DNA of 64,000 nucleotides from Planctomycetaceae bacterium (GTDB taxonomy: Bacteria; Planctomycetota; Planctomycetia; Planctomycetales; Planctomycetaceae): the NCBI GenBank assembly GCA_035949535.1, contig DASZIA010000650.1, positions 45,548 to 109,547 of the forward strand, written 5' to 3'. The notes below the pieces were generated by a model. The model was given only the letters and a program-made list of their open reading frames with translations, had not been told where the DNA came from and did not search any database. Below are positions 24,687 to 34,490 of the stretch, one piece after another (position 1 is the first letter of the stretch; each line of letters begins with the position of its first letter). Made by a program: the position numbers and the translations under genes.

Positions 24687-25003
24687 TATTGACCGAACGT
24701 TGCAGGAGGCACGGTATAGAAGTGACAGACAGGGTGCACATTCAAGTCTACGGAGTCATTGTCGGTTATAACTTTATCGGGCTGACCGCCACGGCCCTCA
24801 AGTACTAATTGGTAGGCCGGGTTGAAGTCCGGAATGCGGGCCTTGATTTGGGCACCCGTCAGCGCCGAGTCATCTGTGGTGTATTCGTTTCCGTCGACAA
24901 AATAGTGGTACTCCTTTTTGTGGTGGTGGTGTTCGTGCTCATTTTTGTGGTGCTCCGTTTCAGAGTGACCATTGTGGGTATCTTCAGTCATGTTTAGCTC
25001 CAT
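24686..25003 (-). CDS. ubiquitin-like beta-grasp protein (multiubiquitin-type domain, single copy) with His-rich N-terminal extension
   Basis: YHYFVDGNEYTTDDSALTGAQIKARIPDFNPAYQLVLEGRGGQPDKVITDNDSVDLNVHPVCHFYTVPPATFGQ fits the multiubiquitin pattern. The N-terminal HNGHSETEHHKNEHEHHHHKKEYH is His-rich. The alternative start ATG 24991 has GGAG 7 nt upstream. Confidence 0.75.
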   Translation of the reverse strand: MELNMTEDTHNGHSETEHHKNEHEHHHHKKEYHYFVDGNEYTTDDSALTGAQIKARIPDFNPAYQLVLEGRGGQPDKVITDNDSVDLNVHPVCHFYTVPPATFGQ

Positions 25004-26540
25004 GTGTTTGCGCGTAATATTATGGAATATAGCATAGACAAAGTGTCAGTGCATTCCAATTCTGGACAGCAATGTTGTCGTGGCGTGGCAGGGGGGAAAG
25101 CCAACGGCCAGAGGCGATTGCATGGGATTCCATATTTTTGAGATCCTCCAAATTGTCACAAGTCGCGAGCAGTAATCGGAACTCGAGGGCACTGTCCCAA
25201 AGGCTGGCCTTGAATCGGGAGACCCGCTGGTTGAGTCAGAAATTGGCCAACCTCGGCTCGTTCGTTGTCTTTCAGCCGTGGCCAGGTGTCAGCCCGGTAG
25301 GGCGATGGACTTCCCTACTAGTGCCAAACTTCCCTCCGTGTGCGCTTTATCGAACGGGACACGCGGACAGCCATGAACCGATTGTCCACGGATTCTACGC
25401 GGCAGAAGAAGCGTCGGCAAGCAGAAGCTGTTGCGAGGCAAGGGGTTTCGCTTTAGCCGAGAAATGAGGACTGATGGGATTCGGAGGTCGAAGCGGGGAT
25501 TTCAGAGCTTGCTAGTCGGCAGCGAGTGGGCACTGCGTCGCCATCCGGCAGCAATCAACTGGGCCAGGATCTTGTGGGCGACGTAGCCCCGCCGTGTTCG
25601 AGCTTCGTTAAATACTCTGCAACAGTTCCTCAATCCCTATAACGGCACGAGTTGGACCAACCACTCGAACGCCATGAGGCCGTCCACAGGATGCGTCAAC
25701 GCGTACACGTACACCTCGGCCGGCATGTAGACCGACGCCAAAGTCAAAATCGGCGACCCGCCCTGCCCCAACACGCTGATCAAGTACCACTGCCAGCCTT
25801 CGTCGTTGAACCCAACGACAGGAGCGTGCGGTGAATCCGCGATGACGGCTAACCCAGGCCGTAGTCTTCGATGGCCATGTTGAATTGGCGGGACGGTTTG
25901 ACGAAGACGCGCCGAACACAAAACTGTCTTGGCAAATCGCGCGCCCGCGTGCGGATCGCTTTTGACACGGCTGAATTATCGAGGTTCGGCAGTCGGTCCA
26001 ACGGCGAAAAAAGATCGCGCCACCGCATCGCGCGGACTCATTGGCGGCGGGGCGATTCGATCGGCCGCCAGGTCGCGTTGCCGCGCGGGTTCTGCCTCCA
26101 TCGAGTTCACCGCGCGCTTGGCAATCGGATTGACCGATTGATTTGCTTTGTTTGATCCGCAATTGGGGTCAATTTGATGAGGGCAAATCGGAAAACGCGG
26201 AATGCCCTGCTGGGAACCGGCAGCGTTGTGCGCAACAGGGCCCGATGCAGCTGCCGCGGTCAATTTGGGCGGCACTGACGGCCTTCAGAGAATTGCTGTA
26301 GGCCTGGAGAAGCTCGCGGACCCTTCGACCAAAGCGAGCGAAAACGAGGCGAAATCTGGCTGCCGACCGAGGCCGGCGCACTTTCGACTCAGTGGTTGTT
26401 GTTGATTTGTTGGGTCCGCCGTGGCAGAATTGCGGCAACCGTCAGGCCAGTGCGCTTCAGCGCCCCACCATCTCGACTTGGCGTCGATCGTCGATTCGCT
26501 TTGTCCGGCCGGTAGACACCGTGCCCGTCACGAACCGGGT

Positions 26541-26563
26541 GAAATAGCCTGTTTAGGTTATTG
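26541..26563. repeat. 23-nt imperfect palindrome GAAATAGCCTGTTTAGGTTATTG, copy 2
   Basis: Matches the reverse complement of 18566-18588 at 22 of 23 positions. It lies about 115 nt upstream of the 26678 start. Confidence 0.85.
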
Positions 26564-26677
26564 CGGCCCAGTTAGCCGCGTGTGATGCTGCCTCGGGTCG
26601 AATTGGTAAACCAAAACACCGATCGACTGCTTGCCCAGACTTTTACCAAGTTTTTCCAAGGGAGGCGCCATAGGCCC

Positions 26678-27583
26678 ATGTCTTGCTACTGCTCCGCTCG
26701 TGCGAGACGTCCACGGAAATCTCCTCTTATCGTGCTGACGTTGATCCTGGCCATAACACCATCGGGGGACGCGTCGGCTCGTCATGGGCGGCGCCCACGA
26801 TTGTGTGTTCCGAGTTGTTGCTGTCCGTGCCCAGCGCCAGTCTGCATTTGTTCTGCATCAGCCACACTTCCGCCTACGACCGCAACATCGTCGCTGGGAA
26901 CGCCACTACCGGACTTTGTCTCTGCCTCAGGAAGGCGCTACCACGTCACCGAATCGAACGACCCTGGTACCGAGGAAAAAGTCGAAGCGCAGCCGCTCGC
27001 TGCACGTGCGGTCCATGGCACCGATAATTTCGGAGGGACCGATCGCAAAGCGGCCAAGACATCGATTGCAACGGGTCCGGTAAGCGAAGTCCCTGATTTG
27101 CTGTCACTGCTCAACAACCTTCCGGCCACCGACCAGCAGATGTTGCAGCACGAACCCCCGATTACCGAATCGGCGACTTCCGGACGTGTCGCTGAAGAGC
27201 AAGGCAATGTGACCGTGCAAGCTTATCTCTACGCAACGAAGAAGGAGGCGGACAACGACTACCATTTGATTTTGGGAACGTCCGACCAGCCGGAGTCTGG
27301 AAGCTACATGACGGCTGAAGTGTCAGGACTCCCTGACTCCGGGAGCGCACGAACGCGCCTGCAAGTACCTCGAGACGCGTTTAAAGCGTTTTTTAGCAGC
27401 AGTCCAATCGGCACGGCGTACAAGAAATTTAACCCACCGATCCCGCTTCGCGTCACGGGCTCGCTGTTCTTCGATATCGACCACCGTGCTGGTGCCGTGG
27501 GGCCAACAGGGTTTAAGCCGCAAACAGCCTGGGAAATTCATCCTGTGACAGCAATCGAATTCGAGTCTGTGCAGTCACGCTAA
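26678..27583 (+). CDS. secreted hypothetical protein with the D.HL.L / D..H / WEIHP domain; paralog of 15255..16163
   Basis: ORF track gives 26582..27583. I moved the start to ATG 26678 (GGAGG upstream). There is an N-terminal basic then hydrophobic leader. The Cys/Pro-rich stretch is CVPSCCCPCPAPVCICS. The C-terminal domain aligns with 15255..16163. Confidence 0.7.
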   Translation: MSCYCSARARRPRKSPLIVLTLILAITPSGDASARHGRRPRLCVPSCCCPCPAPVCICSASATLPPTTATSSLGTPLPDFVSASGRRYHVTESNDPGTEEKVEAQPLAARAVHGTDNFGGTDRKAAKTSIATGPVSEVPDLLSLLNNLPATDQQMLQHEPPITESATSGRVAEEQGNVTVQAYLYATKKEADNDYHLILGTSDQPESGSYMTAEVSGLPDSGSARTRLQVPRDAFKAFFSSSPIGTAYKKFNPPIPLRVTGSLFFDIDHRAGAVGPTGFKPQTAWEIHPVTAIEFESVQSR

Positions 27584-27670
27584 GTCTCGTTGCAAGGGCT
27601 TCGAGAAAGGGAAGCGCGCGCACTTAACGCGCCTCTGGGTCCAGCGGTAGCCTTCGGAAAGCTCAGTTCA

Positions 27671-28774
27671 ATGGATGTCCACGCCGAATTTCTCGGAAGA
27701 CTCTCAGAACTTACGCTGCCACGAACGCAGACTGCAGTTGGCCACGGGTGGCGGGCGAATCGAAAGTTGCGAAAGACCTTCGCGCGTTCGGGCACGCAAG
27801 GCTTTACAATCATCGAGCTGCTAATAGTTTTGGCCATTATCGGAATTCTGATCGCACTTCTGTTGCCGGCAGTTCAAGCGGCACGCGAATCGGCCAGACG
27901 CATTGCTTGCACAAACAATCTCAAGCAGATCGGAATTGCCCTCCACCACTACGAGTCGACGCATCGCTGCTTACCGGCAGCCGGCTATTATCCCAGGCGG
28001 TCAACGGCCCCGGATACGTACTCGGCGCAGGCGCGTCTTCTGTCGTACGTCGAGCAGGCAAATCTGTATCTGAGCATTGATTTCGGTCTGCCGGCGACGA
28101 GCCAGCCGAAGGTCGTCGCTCAGCGAATTGCGTTGTACCTCTGCCCTGACGAAATCAACGATCGTCCCCGGACAAATTCGGCGCCCGTGCGGTATCCCCT
28201 CAATTACGCGGCAAACTTCGGCTCTTGGCTCGTGTACGATCCGAACACCGGATTGGGGGGCGATGGCGCGCTCCAGATTAACCGAGGAACGCGAATGGCA
28301 GATTTCGTCGACGGTACGAGCAACACGGTAGCGTTCGCTGAAGTGAAGGCCTATCAGTCCTATTTGTTGGGTAGCGGTCAGCCCAACTCGTTGACAGCGC
28401 CGGCTCCGTCAACTCCTGCCCAATTGCTCAGTTTGGGTGGCTCTCTCAAGTCCAACGTAGGTCACACCGGTTGGACGGAGGGACAAACATTTCAGACCGG
28501 AATGACGTTCGTGTTTGCCCCAAACGCTCCGGTGCCTTACACAGCTGCAGGCGTGACCCATGACGTCGACTTCATCTCCAGCCGAGACGGTTCGTCGCCA
28601 ACCGAGTTTTCTCACGCAGCTGTAACTGCTCGCAGTTACCATGCCGGCAGTTTCGCAAACGTCCTTTTGGCCGACGGCTCTGTCCGGGGCATAAGTTCCG
28701 AGATTTCACTGGGCGTGTGGCGCGCTCTAGGCACGCGGGCCGGAGGGGAGATGGTCATTTCAGCAAGCTACTGA
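27671..28774 (+). CDS. DUF1559 protein with prepilin-type N-terminal cleavage/methylation motif
   Basis: [53 protein letters not shown] is the hallmark planctomycete DUF1559 N-terminus. The start is uncertain. ATG 27671 is used here. An in-frame TTG at 27767 would give a short, typical leader ending in G. Confidence 0.85.
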   Translation: MDVHAEFLGRLSELTLPRTQTAVGHGWRANRKLRKTFARSGTQGFTIIELLIVLAIIGILIALLLPAVQAARESARRIACTNNLKQIGIALHHYESTHRCLPAAGYYPRRSTAPDTYSAQARLLSYVEQANLYLSIDFGLPATSQPKVVAQRIALYLCPDEINDRPRTNSAPVRYPLNYAANFGSWLVYDPNTGLGGDGALQINRGTRMADFVDGTSNTVAFAEVKAYQSYLLGSGQPNSLTAPAPSTPAQLLSLGGSLKSNVGHTGWTEGQTFQTGMTFVFAPNAPVPYTAAGVTHDVDFISSRDGSSPTEFSHAAVTARSYHAGSFANVLLADGSVRGISSEISLGVWRALGTRAGGEMVISASY

Positions 28775-28996
28775 GGGAGCCACGGGCATGAGAGACCCAC
28801 GCCCCCAGCGCCGCCGTGTGGAACCGACGATTGCCCAGATGCATCAAAATGTTGTTAATCGGTCGCTCAATGCGTTAATTGGGGGGCCTTTCGCGGCCGG
28901 CCGGTGCTCCGCCGCCTGAATGTGAGGCGATCGTCGGGAATGGCTGGCCTGGACCTGTGTTTTAAAGAATGGCCGATTTTTGTCGGAGGAACTTCC

Positions 28997-29845
28997 GTGT
29001 GCCTCTTCTATTTTTCTTTTGTCCATGCACTCGTGCTGCCGTTGGTCGCGATGACACAAGCGCCAAATGAAGTCGCAGCGCCGTCGCTCGAAGACTTCCA
29101 CTTTGTGTTTCAGGGCAGCGTCGTAAGAACTGCAGCGACAACGCTATCCGCCGTCAAACCAAGTGATAAAACGATCGTCGTCAAAGTGAACAAGGTCATT
29201 CAGCCGTCCTCGAAGGCTGCAACACGCTACGAGGGCAAGGAAGTCACGGTCGTGCTAGAAAAGAAGCCGCCGGAACTGAAGCCCGAGACGGAGGGTGTTT
29301 TCTACACGAACAGCCTGGTCTCAGGGGACGGACTAGCAGTGAAGGGCGTTGTCGACATTCATCCGGGACATCAGGACAGCGTCGTCGCGGCGGCTACTGC
29401 ACGCCGCGATGATGCCGTCGTGCGCCAGGCGCAGCGCGCCGATTTGGTTGTGAGCGGCAAGGTCGTGGCCATTCGCGAGCCGGACTCAAACGTACTTAAC
29501 GCCGGAGGCAGACTGCGTATCACTGAACACCCGGCCCGATGGCGCGAGGCGGAGATCGAGGTCCAGTCGGTCGAGAAAGGGCCGAATCGCCAGAGAATTC
29601 GTGTTCTCTTTCCCTTGAGTCATGACGTGCTGTGGAAGGCTGCCCCAAAGTACCAAGTGGGTGAGGAGGGGATCTGGTTCTTGCATAAAAACCAAACAGA
29701 AACCGCGCCGGTTCATCGGTGGATGGGGGCCATGACTGCCACGCAGCAAGACGGCTACACTGCCCTCAGCCCCGCCGACTTTCACCCAAAAGCGTCCGCC
29801 GAGAGGGTTAAACCCCTAATCGAAAAAGCAAAAGGGACTAAGTGA
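28997..29845 (+). CDS. secreted hypothetical protein
   Basis: ORF track gives 28904..29845. I prefer GTG 28997, preceded by GGAGGA at 28985-28990. This gives the signal-like VCLFYFSFVHALVLPLVAMTQAPNE. Confidence 0.6.
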   Translation: MCLFYFSFVHALVLPLVAMTQAPNEVAAPSLEDFHFVFQGSVVRTAATTLSAVKPSDKTIVVKVNKVIQPSSKAATRYEGKEVTVVLEKKPPELKPETEGVFYTNSLVSGDGLAVKGVVDIHPGHQDSVVAAATARRDDAVVRQAQRADLVVSGKVVAIREPDSNVLNAGGRLRITEHPARWREAEIEVQSVEKGPNRQRIRVLFPLSHDVLWKAAPKYQVGEEGIWFLHKNQTETAPVHRWMGAMTATQQDGYTALSPADFHPKASAERVKPLIEKAKGTK

Positions 29846-29941
29846 CGCGCAAATAGCTAGAGGGCAAGTCGATCGAAGTTTCGCTCGCGCCGTGGGCGAA
29901 TCATCTTTAAGCCAACTTCAAACTTGGAGAGGCCCAATCCA

Positions 29942-31459
29942 ATGAGGCTGCAGTTCCGCTTTCGAGGAGCGTTGACCACGGTCATCTTATGTGTCGGCAC
30001 CCTTGCTGTTCGCGCTGACATAACAGTCGCGATTGTCAATATGGTTCCTAGGGATCAAAGCGACGAAACCCACAACGACGCGGAACCGAATTTGGCTGTT
30101 AATCCGGTCGACCGATCGCAGATCGCAGGGTCGGCATTCACTCCGAATCGACTGGGAGGCGATGCGCCGATTTACATTTCGACGGACGGTGGTAACACCT
30201 GGTCTCTGAACTTTATCGTGCCCAGCCGCGGCCCCGATACCGGCACAGGAGACATCACTCTGCGCTTTGCCGAAAGCGGCACGTTGTACGCAGGAATCCT
30301 CAAGCTTCCAACGCTGGGCAACGTGACGCGACTCAATATCCTGAGGGCTACGGACTTTACTTCAGCCACGCCGATGAGCGTGCTTGTCGATCGGACGGGC
30401 GTCGACCAGCCGCATGTGAGTTCGATGCGTGTTCCGGTCGGCCCAGAACAGGGCAAGGATCGCGTCCTCATCGGTAACAATGATTTCAACGAACCTCAAA
30501 CGGCAGCTGTTGACCGCGCTCTCGACGGCAGGGCCAGTCCCCCAGCCTTTCAGACCTTTCGCTTGGATAGCCGACAACCCACTACGGGTGACGGCCCCCA
30601 GATCCGCTGTGCCATCCATCCAAGCGGCACTGTTTACACGACTTTCTATAGTTGGCGGAGCGTTCAGGAGCAGAAAGTAGAAGGCGGAGCACTGATCCGG
30701 GGATTGGCTACGGTCGACGTCGTCGTAGTGCGGGACGATAACTGGGGAACTGGACCGAACGCCTTTCAAGCTCTTACGGAATCGGCCGATAACAGGCCAG
30801 GTCGTATCGTCGCTACAGGCAGGACGCTACCGTGGATCAACGACTTCCAAGATGTTTCCTTTGGACAAGAGCGCGTTGGGGGCGACCTCGCAATCGCAAC
30901 GGACCCACGACCGACTGCAGCAGGCACCGTTTATTTATGTTGGGCGGACCGCGTCGACACGAGTGACTACACGCTGCACGTTCGTCAGTCCACAGATCGC
31001 GGCGTCAATTGGTCCACCAACGATCTTCTGACATTAAAGAATGCCAAGAACCCGGGACTGGCTGTCAACAGCTTGGGGCACGTGGGTATCGTTTTCCAGG
31101 AATTGGTGAATGCCAGCGTGGTTGCCAACCAACGCTGGAGGACGCGAATGCAGGTTCGCGATGTGGACTTCCATCTGATTAAAGAATTTACGCTTTCCGA
31201 CACACCGGCCCAAGTTCCTGACGCTCCCGCTCACGATGGACTACCCTATCTCGGAGACTATCTCCACTTGATGTCTGTCGACAGGGATTTTTATGGCGTC
31301 TTCCCTGCCAGCAACACGCCTGATCGGGCTAATTTTCCGGCGGGCGTTACCTACCAGCGGAGCGCAAACTTCGATCAGAAGCAATTGCTCGACACCGATG
31401 AAAACGCGGTGCCGGCTTCGATCGATCCGTTCTTCTTCAAAGTGACCGGCGATCATTGA
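29942..31459 (+). CDS. BNR/Asp-box repeat (sialidase-like beta-propeller) protein
   Basis: ORF track gives 29924..31459. The start is ATG 29942, after GGAGAGG. There is a signal peptide. Asp-box motifs are ISTDGGNTWS and QSTDRGVNWS. Confidence 0.75.
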   Translation: MRLQFRFRGALTTVILCVGTLAVRADITVAIVNMVPRDQSDETHNDAEPNLAVNPVDRSQIAGSAFTPNRLGGDAPIYISTDGGNTWSLNFIVPSRGPDTGTGDITLRFAESGTLYAGILKLPTLGNVTRLNILRATDFTSATPMSVLVDRTGVDQPHVSSMRVPVGPEQGKDRVLIGNNDFNEPQTAAVDRALDGRASPPAFQTFRLDSRQPTTGDGPQIRCAIHPSGTVYTTFYSWRSVQEQKVEGGALIRGLATVDVVVVRDDNWGTGPNAFQALTESADNRPGRIVATGRTLPWINDFQDVSFGQERVGGDLAIATDPRPTAAGTVYLCWADRVDTSDYTLHVRQSTDRGVNWSTNDLLTLKNAKNPGLAVNSLGHVGIVFQELVNASVVANQRWRTRMQVRDVDFHLIKEFTLSDTPAQVPDAPAHDGLPYLGDYLHLMSVDRDFYGVFPASNTPDRANFPAGVTYQRSANFDQKQLLDTDENAVPASIDPFFFKVTGDH

Positions 31460-31947
31460 TTCTTTGGTATTGCTGACCCAGACCGCGGCCTGGTGTTTAA
31501 CCTCACTCAGCCAGGTGACCACATTCTTTACCAACAACTTTAGCAATCATGCGAAGGGTAAAGTGGCCCGAGCTCGAAGCAGGACGGATGGATCCCTGTG
31601 GGTCACACGAGCGGGGACGTGTCACGGCGCACCACAATACTTCTACGGGGTGTTCACAGGTCACTCGAAAGGTCGGAAGCAATTATAACTCGACCCGATC
31701 GTCTCCAAGGAGAAGGCCATCCCTTGATTCACCGGCTACGCGTGAGATTGAGCAAAGGCCCGGCCGCGCCCTTCGCGGCATTGCTGAAGTCAGGTGGTCT
31801 GCGCTCGCCGCGAAGATACAGTTGGTCTGGCTTGGAACTTTCGTCGGTGGCCACAGTGCTCCGGCGCTTCCCGATCGCACGAGCCACCTTGACGTGCCAC
31901 AAGGACTAGCTGCCTCGGTCGTTCGTCGATCGTGCCGCTGAGGAAGG

Positions 31948-33582
31948 ATGACGATGACTGCAATAACCAATCCGGGACTGCCCGGACCCTTCGCCTTCGA
32001 CTCGGTAGTGTACGCGTCAGCCGGCCTCAATTACGCGGCCGTGCCGGCCTTGGCTCAGTATGTTCAATACGACACGCCGGACCCGGCCTATGTGACACCG
32101 CGCATCAACCTCTCAGCCTTCGCGGAGCTCGGCTCGGCGCCTTGGCCGTTTGCGAACACGGCTGTCCCGCTCAACGGCCACATCCGCATCCCACAGGGGC
32201 GCGGGCCATTTCCCCTGGCGGTGTTTGTGCACGGCAACCACGATCCGTTGTCGAACTCCGCGCCCGGTTACCTGTATCTGTGCGACCTGCTGGCATCGCG
32301 CGGCGTGATTGCTGCAACGATCGACGTCAATTTCCTCAATGGGTTCAACTTCGGCGAAAACGACGGGCGGGCCGTTGTTCACCTCGAACACCTCAAGCAG
32401 TTTCGCACGTGGAATGCCCAAGCAGGCCATCCGTTGTGCGGCAAAATCAACCTGAATCGTTTGATGATTGTCGGCCATTCGCGCGGCGGCGAAGGGGTCG
32501 GGCATGCATCATTCTTCAACCGCCTGGCTGCCATCCAGCCTGATGCAATGCATCCGGTCGTGCCGCTCAACGGATCAGCCGGTCTTGGGCCATACCGATT
32601 CAACTTAAGCCTTGTCGCTGCCATTGCACCGACGGATGGCCAGTACACGCCGCTCACAGGCCCCACCGTCGTACCCGACTCCTATTTCCTGATTCACGGC
32701 AGTCGCGATGGCGACGTGTCCACGTTTTCTGGCTACGACACGTACAATCGCGCGCACGGAGTCGATCTGGCAAACGCCACGTCGTCAGACGTGCAATTCA
32801 AGTCGCTGCTTTGGGTTTATCGCGCAAACCACAACCAATTCAATACGACCTGGCGGACAGAGACCCCAGGCACGCCGACGTTGACCCGAGCTGAGCAGGA
32901 GCAAGTGGCAAAAGTGCAGTTCGGCTCGCTGACGGCCGCCGTATTGCTCGGTCGAAGCGAGTATCGGGAAGTAGTGCGCGATCATGCCGCTGCCTCGGCC
33001 TGGATGCCGCCGCGTACCGTCTTTGTGTCGCAGTACCAAGATCCCGAGCGCGTCTTCATCTTGCACAACCAGGAAAGCCTGGGCGCGCCGCAGGTTTCCT
33101 TGCCCGTCCAAGGGACCGTGGCGACTGACTCCGTCGTACCGTTGCGGCAATTCTTCGATCTGGCCCACTCGGGTGGGCCACAGGTGACAATTAGCTTGCG
33201 TCTTACGTGGACCGCTTCACCCGCCAAGGTTCTTATGGTCATTGACCCGGAAACGCTCCCTGCAGAATCGTACAATGTGTTGTCGCTTCGGGTCGGACAA
33301 TCGAACGAGGCGGGCAACACGTCGGATCGAGATCAGGATTTCACCGTGGAAGTGTCGAGTGGCACGCGAACTGCTGCGATTCTGGCCAGCTCGCTCCATC
33401 GGCTCCGCTACCCGGACGTGGTCTTCGGCGCTGGTAAGACCGTGATGCAGACGTTGCGCTTACCGATGCAGCGGCTCATCGATTTTGGAATCGATCCGCG
33501 CGATCTCCGTTCAATTGCCCTGGTCTTCGATCGACGACCGACTGGCGTGGTATACGTCGGCGATTTGCAAGTCTGTAACTGA
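31948..33582 (+). CDS. alpha/beta hydrolase
   Basis: AGGAAGG lies upstream. Motifs PLAVFVHGNHDP and LMIVGHSRGGEGVG (GxSxG nucleophile elbow) are followed by a C-terminal beta-rich region of about 250 aa. Confidence 0.7.
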   Translation: MTMTAITNPGLPGPFAFDSVVYASAGLNYAAVPALAQYVQYDTPDPAYVTPRINLSAFAELGSAPWPFANTAVPLNGHIRIPQGRGPFPLAVFVHGNHDPLSNSAPGYLYLCDLLASRGVIAATIDVNFLNGFNFGENDGRAVVHLEHLKQFRTWNAQAGHPLCGKINLNRLMIVGHSRGGEGVGHASFFNRLAAIQPDAMHPVVPLNGSAGLGPYRFNLSLVAAIAPTDGQYTPLTGPTVVPDSYFLIHGSRDGDVSTFSGYDTYNRAHGVDLANATSSDVQFKSLLWVYRANHNQFNTTWRTETPGTPTLTRAEQEQVAKVQFGSLTAAVLLGRSEYREVVRDHAAASAWMPPRTVFVSQYQDPERVFILHNQESLGAPQVSLPVQGTVATDSVVPLRQFFDLAHSGGPQVTISLRLTWTASPAKVLMVIDPETLPAESYNVLSLRVGQSNEAGNTSDRDQDFTVEVSSGTRTAAILASSLHRLRYPDVVFGAGKTVMQTLRLPMQRLIDFGIDPRDLRSIALVFDRRPTGVVYVGDLQVCN

Positions 33583-33600
33583 TCCCAAGGACGTCTCAAA

Positions 33601-34017
33601 ATGATTTCCCCCGCTCCGCCGAAGGTTGCCGCCGTAGAAGTCGTTGCGACTCAGCCGACCGCCGCTGACCTCAGCGCAATCGCTCATCTTTCCACGGTTG
33701 CCCCAGCACCGTTGGACAGAGTGGCATATCTCGTCAAAATCAAGTTCGAGGACATGCCTCCAGTCACCTCGCAGGGTTGGGCGCTCTACGTTAAGGACGA
33801 GCGCATCCCGAAATATTGGGCGTACAAGGACGGGATCTACTTTAAAGTCTATGACCCCAATTTTCTCACGAAGCACCGTGGCGACGTGTTCCGCTTCTCA
33901 CTCGATGGAGTGAATTTCATCGACACGGGCAAGAAGTTGCCCGAGCGCAGGTCCTCCAAACCTCAGCAACGCCAAAACGCTGGAGCGCTCCCGCTCCAGT
34001 CTGATGTGTTGAAGTAA
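33601..34017 (+). CDS. hypothetical protein
   Basis: 138-aa ORF starting 19 nt after the hydrolase stop, on the same strand. No motif. Confidence 0.5.
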   Translation: MISPAPPKVAAVEVVATQPTAADLSAIAHLSTVAPAPLDRVAYLVKIKFEDMPPVTSQGWALYVKDERIPKYWAYKDGIYFKVYDPNFLTKHRGDVFRFSLDGVNFIDTGKKLPERRSSKPQQRQNAGALPLQSDVLK

Positions 34018-34490
34018 GGCGCATGAATACTTGCACTTCGTGGATCTTGCGGAGCCATGACCAGCATGGCGGGCTTTCGAAGCCTCTACCATAGGGACAA
34101 ATACCTATGGTACCGGTTGTGGACCCAGTTGATTGAGCTGTTTACAGGAATCGTTTAACGGTTCGGCGGTTCGCTTCATTCGCCATTGATTTTGTACCAC
34201 AGCTCGCCTGCAGCGGACTCATCCCGCGAGAGCTAAGTGCCCACGTCTTTAGTTTTGAATCAAGATGAAGAAAATCAGAGACCCTTGAAAGAGACGAGTT
34301 GGCTTCCAAATATCGAGTGATTTCCTTGATTGAGCGATCTAACTCCGGTAGTCTCGGCGAACAAACGGCAAATTCCAAAAGTCGAGTTGCAATAATGGAC
34401 CTGATACAGCGCGGCGGGACCGATCGGGCACTGACCCGGCTTCAAAGTGCGGGCGATCGATAGGGCGGAACGAATCTACGGAGGTCATGA

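Noticed and set aside
25072-26438. ORFs 25072..25467(+), 25608..26162(-), 25976..26275(-) and 26169..26438(-) as genes.
   Set aside because: They mutually overlap and are Arg-rich. Only short patches look protein-like. I treated the region as degraded or non-coding sequence (see finding) rather than annotating CDSs.
28788-28919. 43-codon ORF (MRDPRPQRRRVEPTIAQMHQNVVNRSL..) after the DUF1559 gene.
   Set aside because: It is below any useful size. It has no signal peptide or lipobox of the kind often seen in small genes following DUF1559 genes, and no ribosome-binding site.
34142-34378. 78-aa minus-strand ORF in the lower-GC gap before the second CxxCH gene.
   Set aside because: No motif, a non-ATG start and no ribosome-binding site that I could see. 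It may be real, but it is unsupported.
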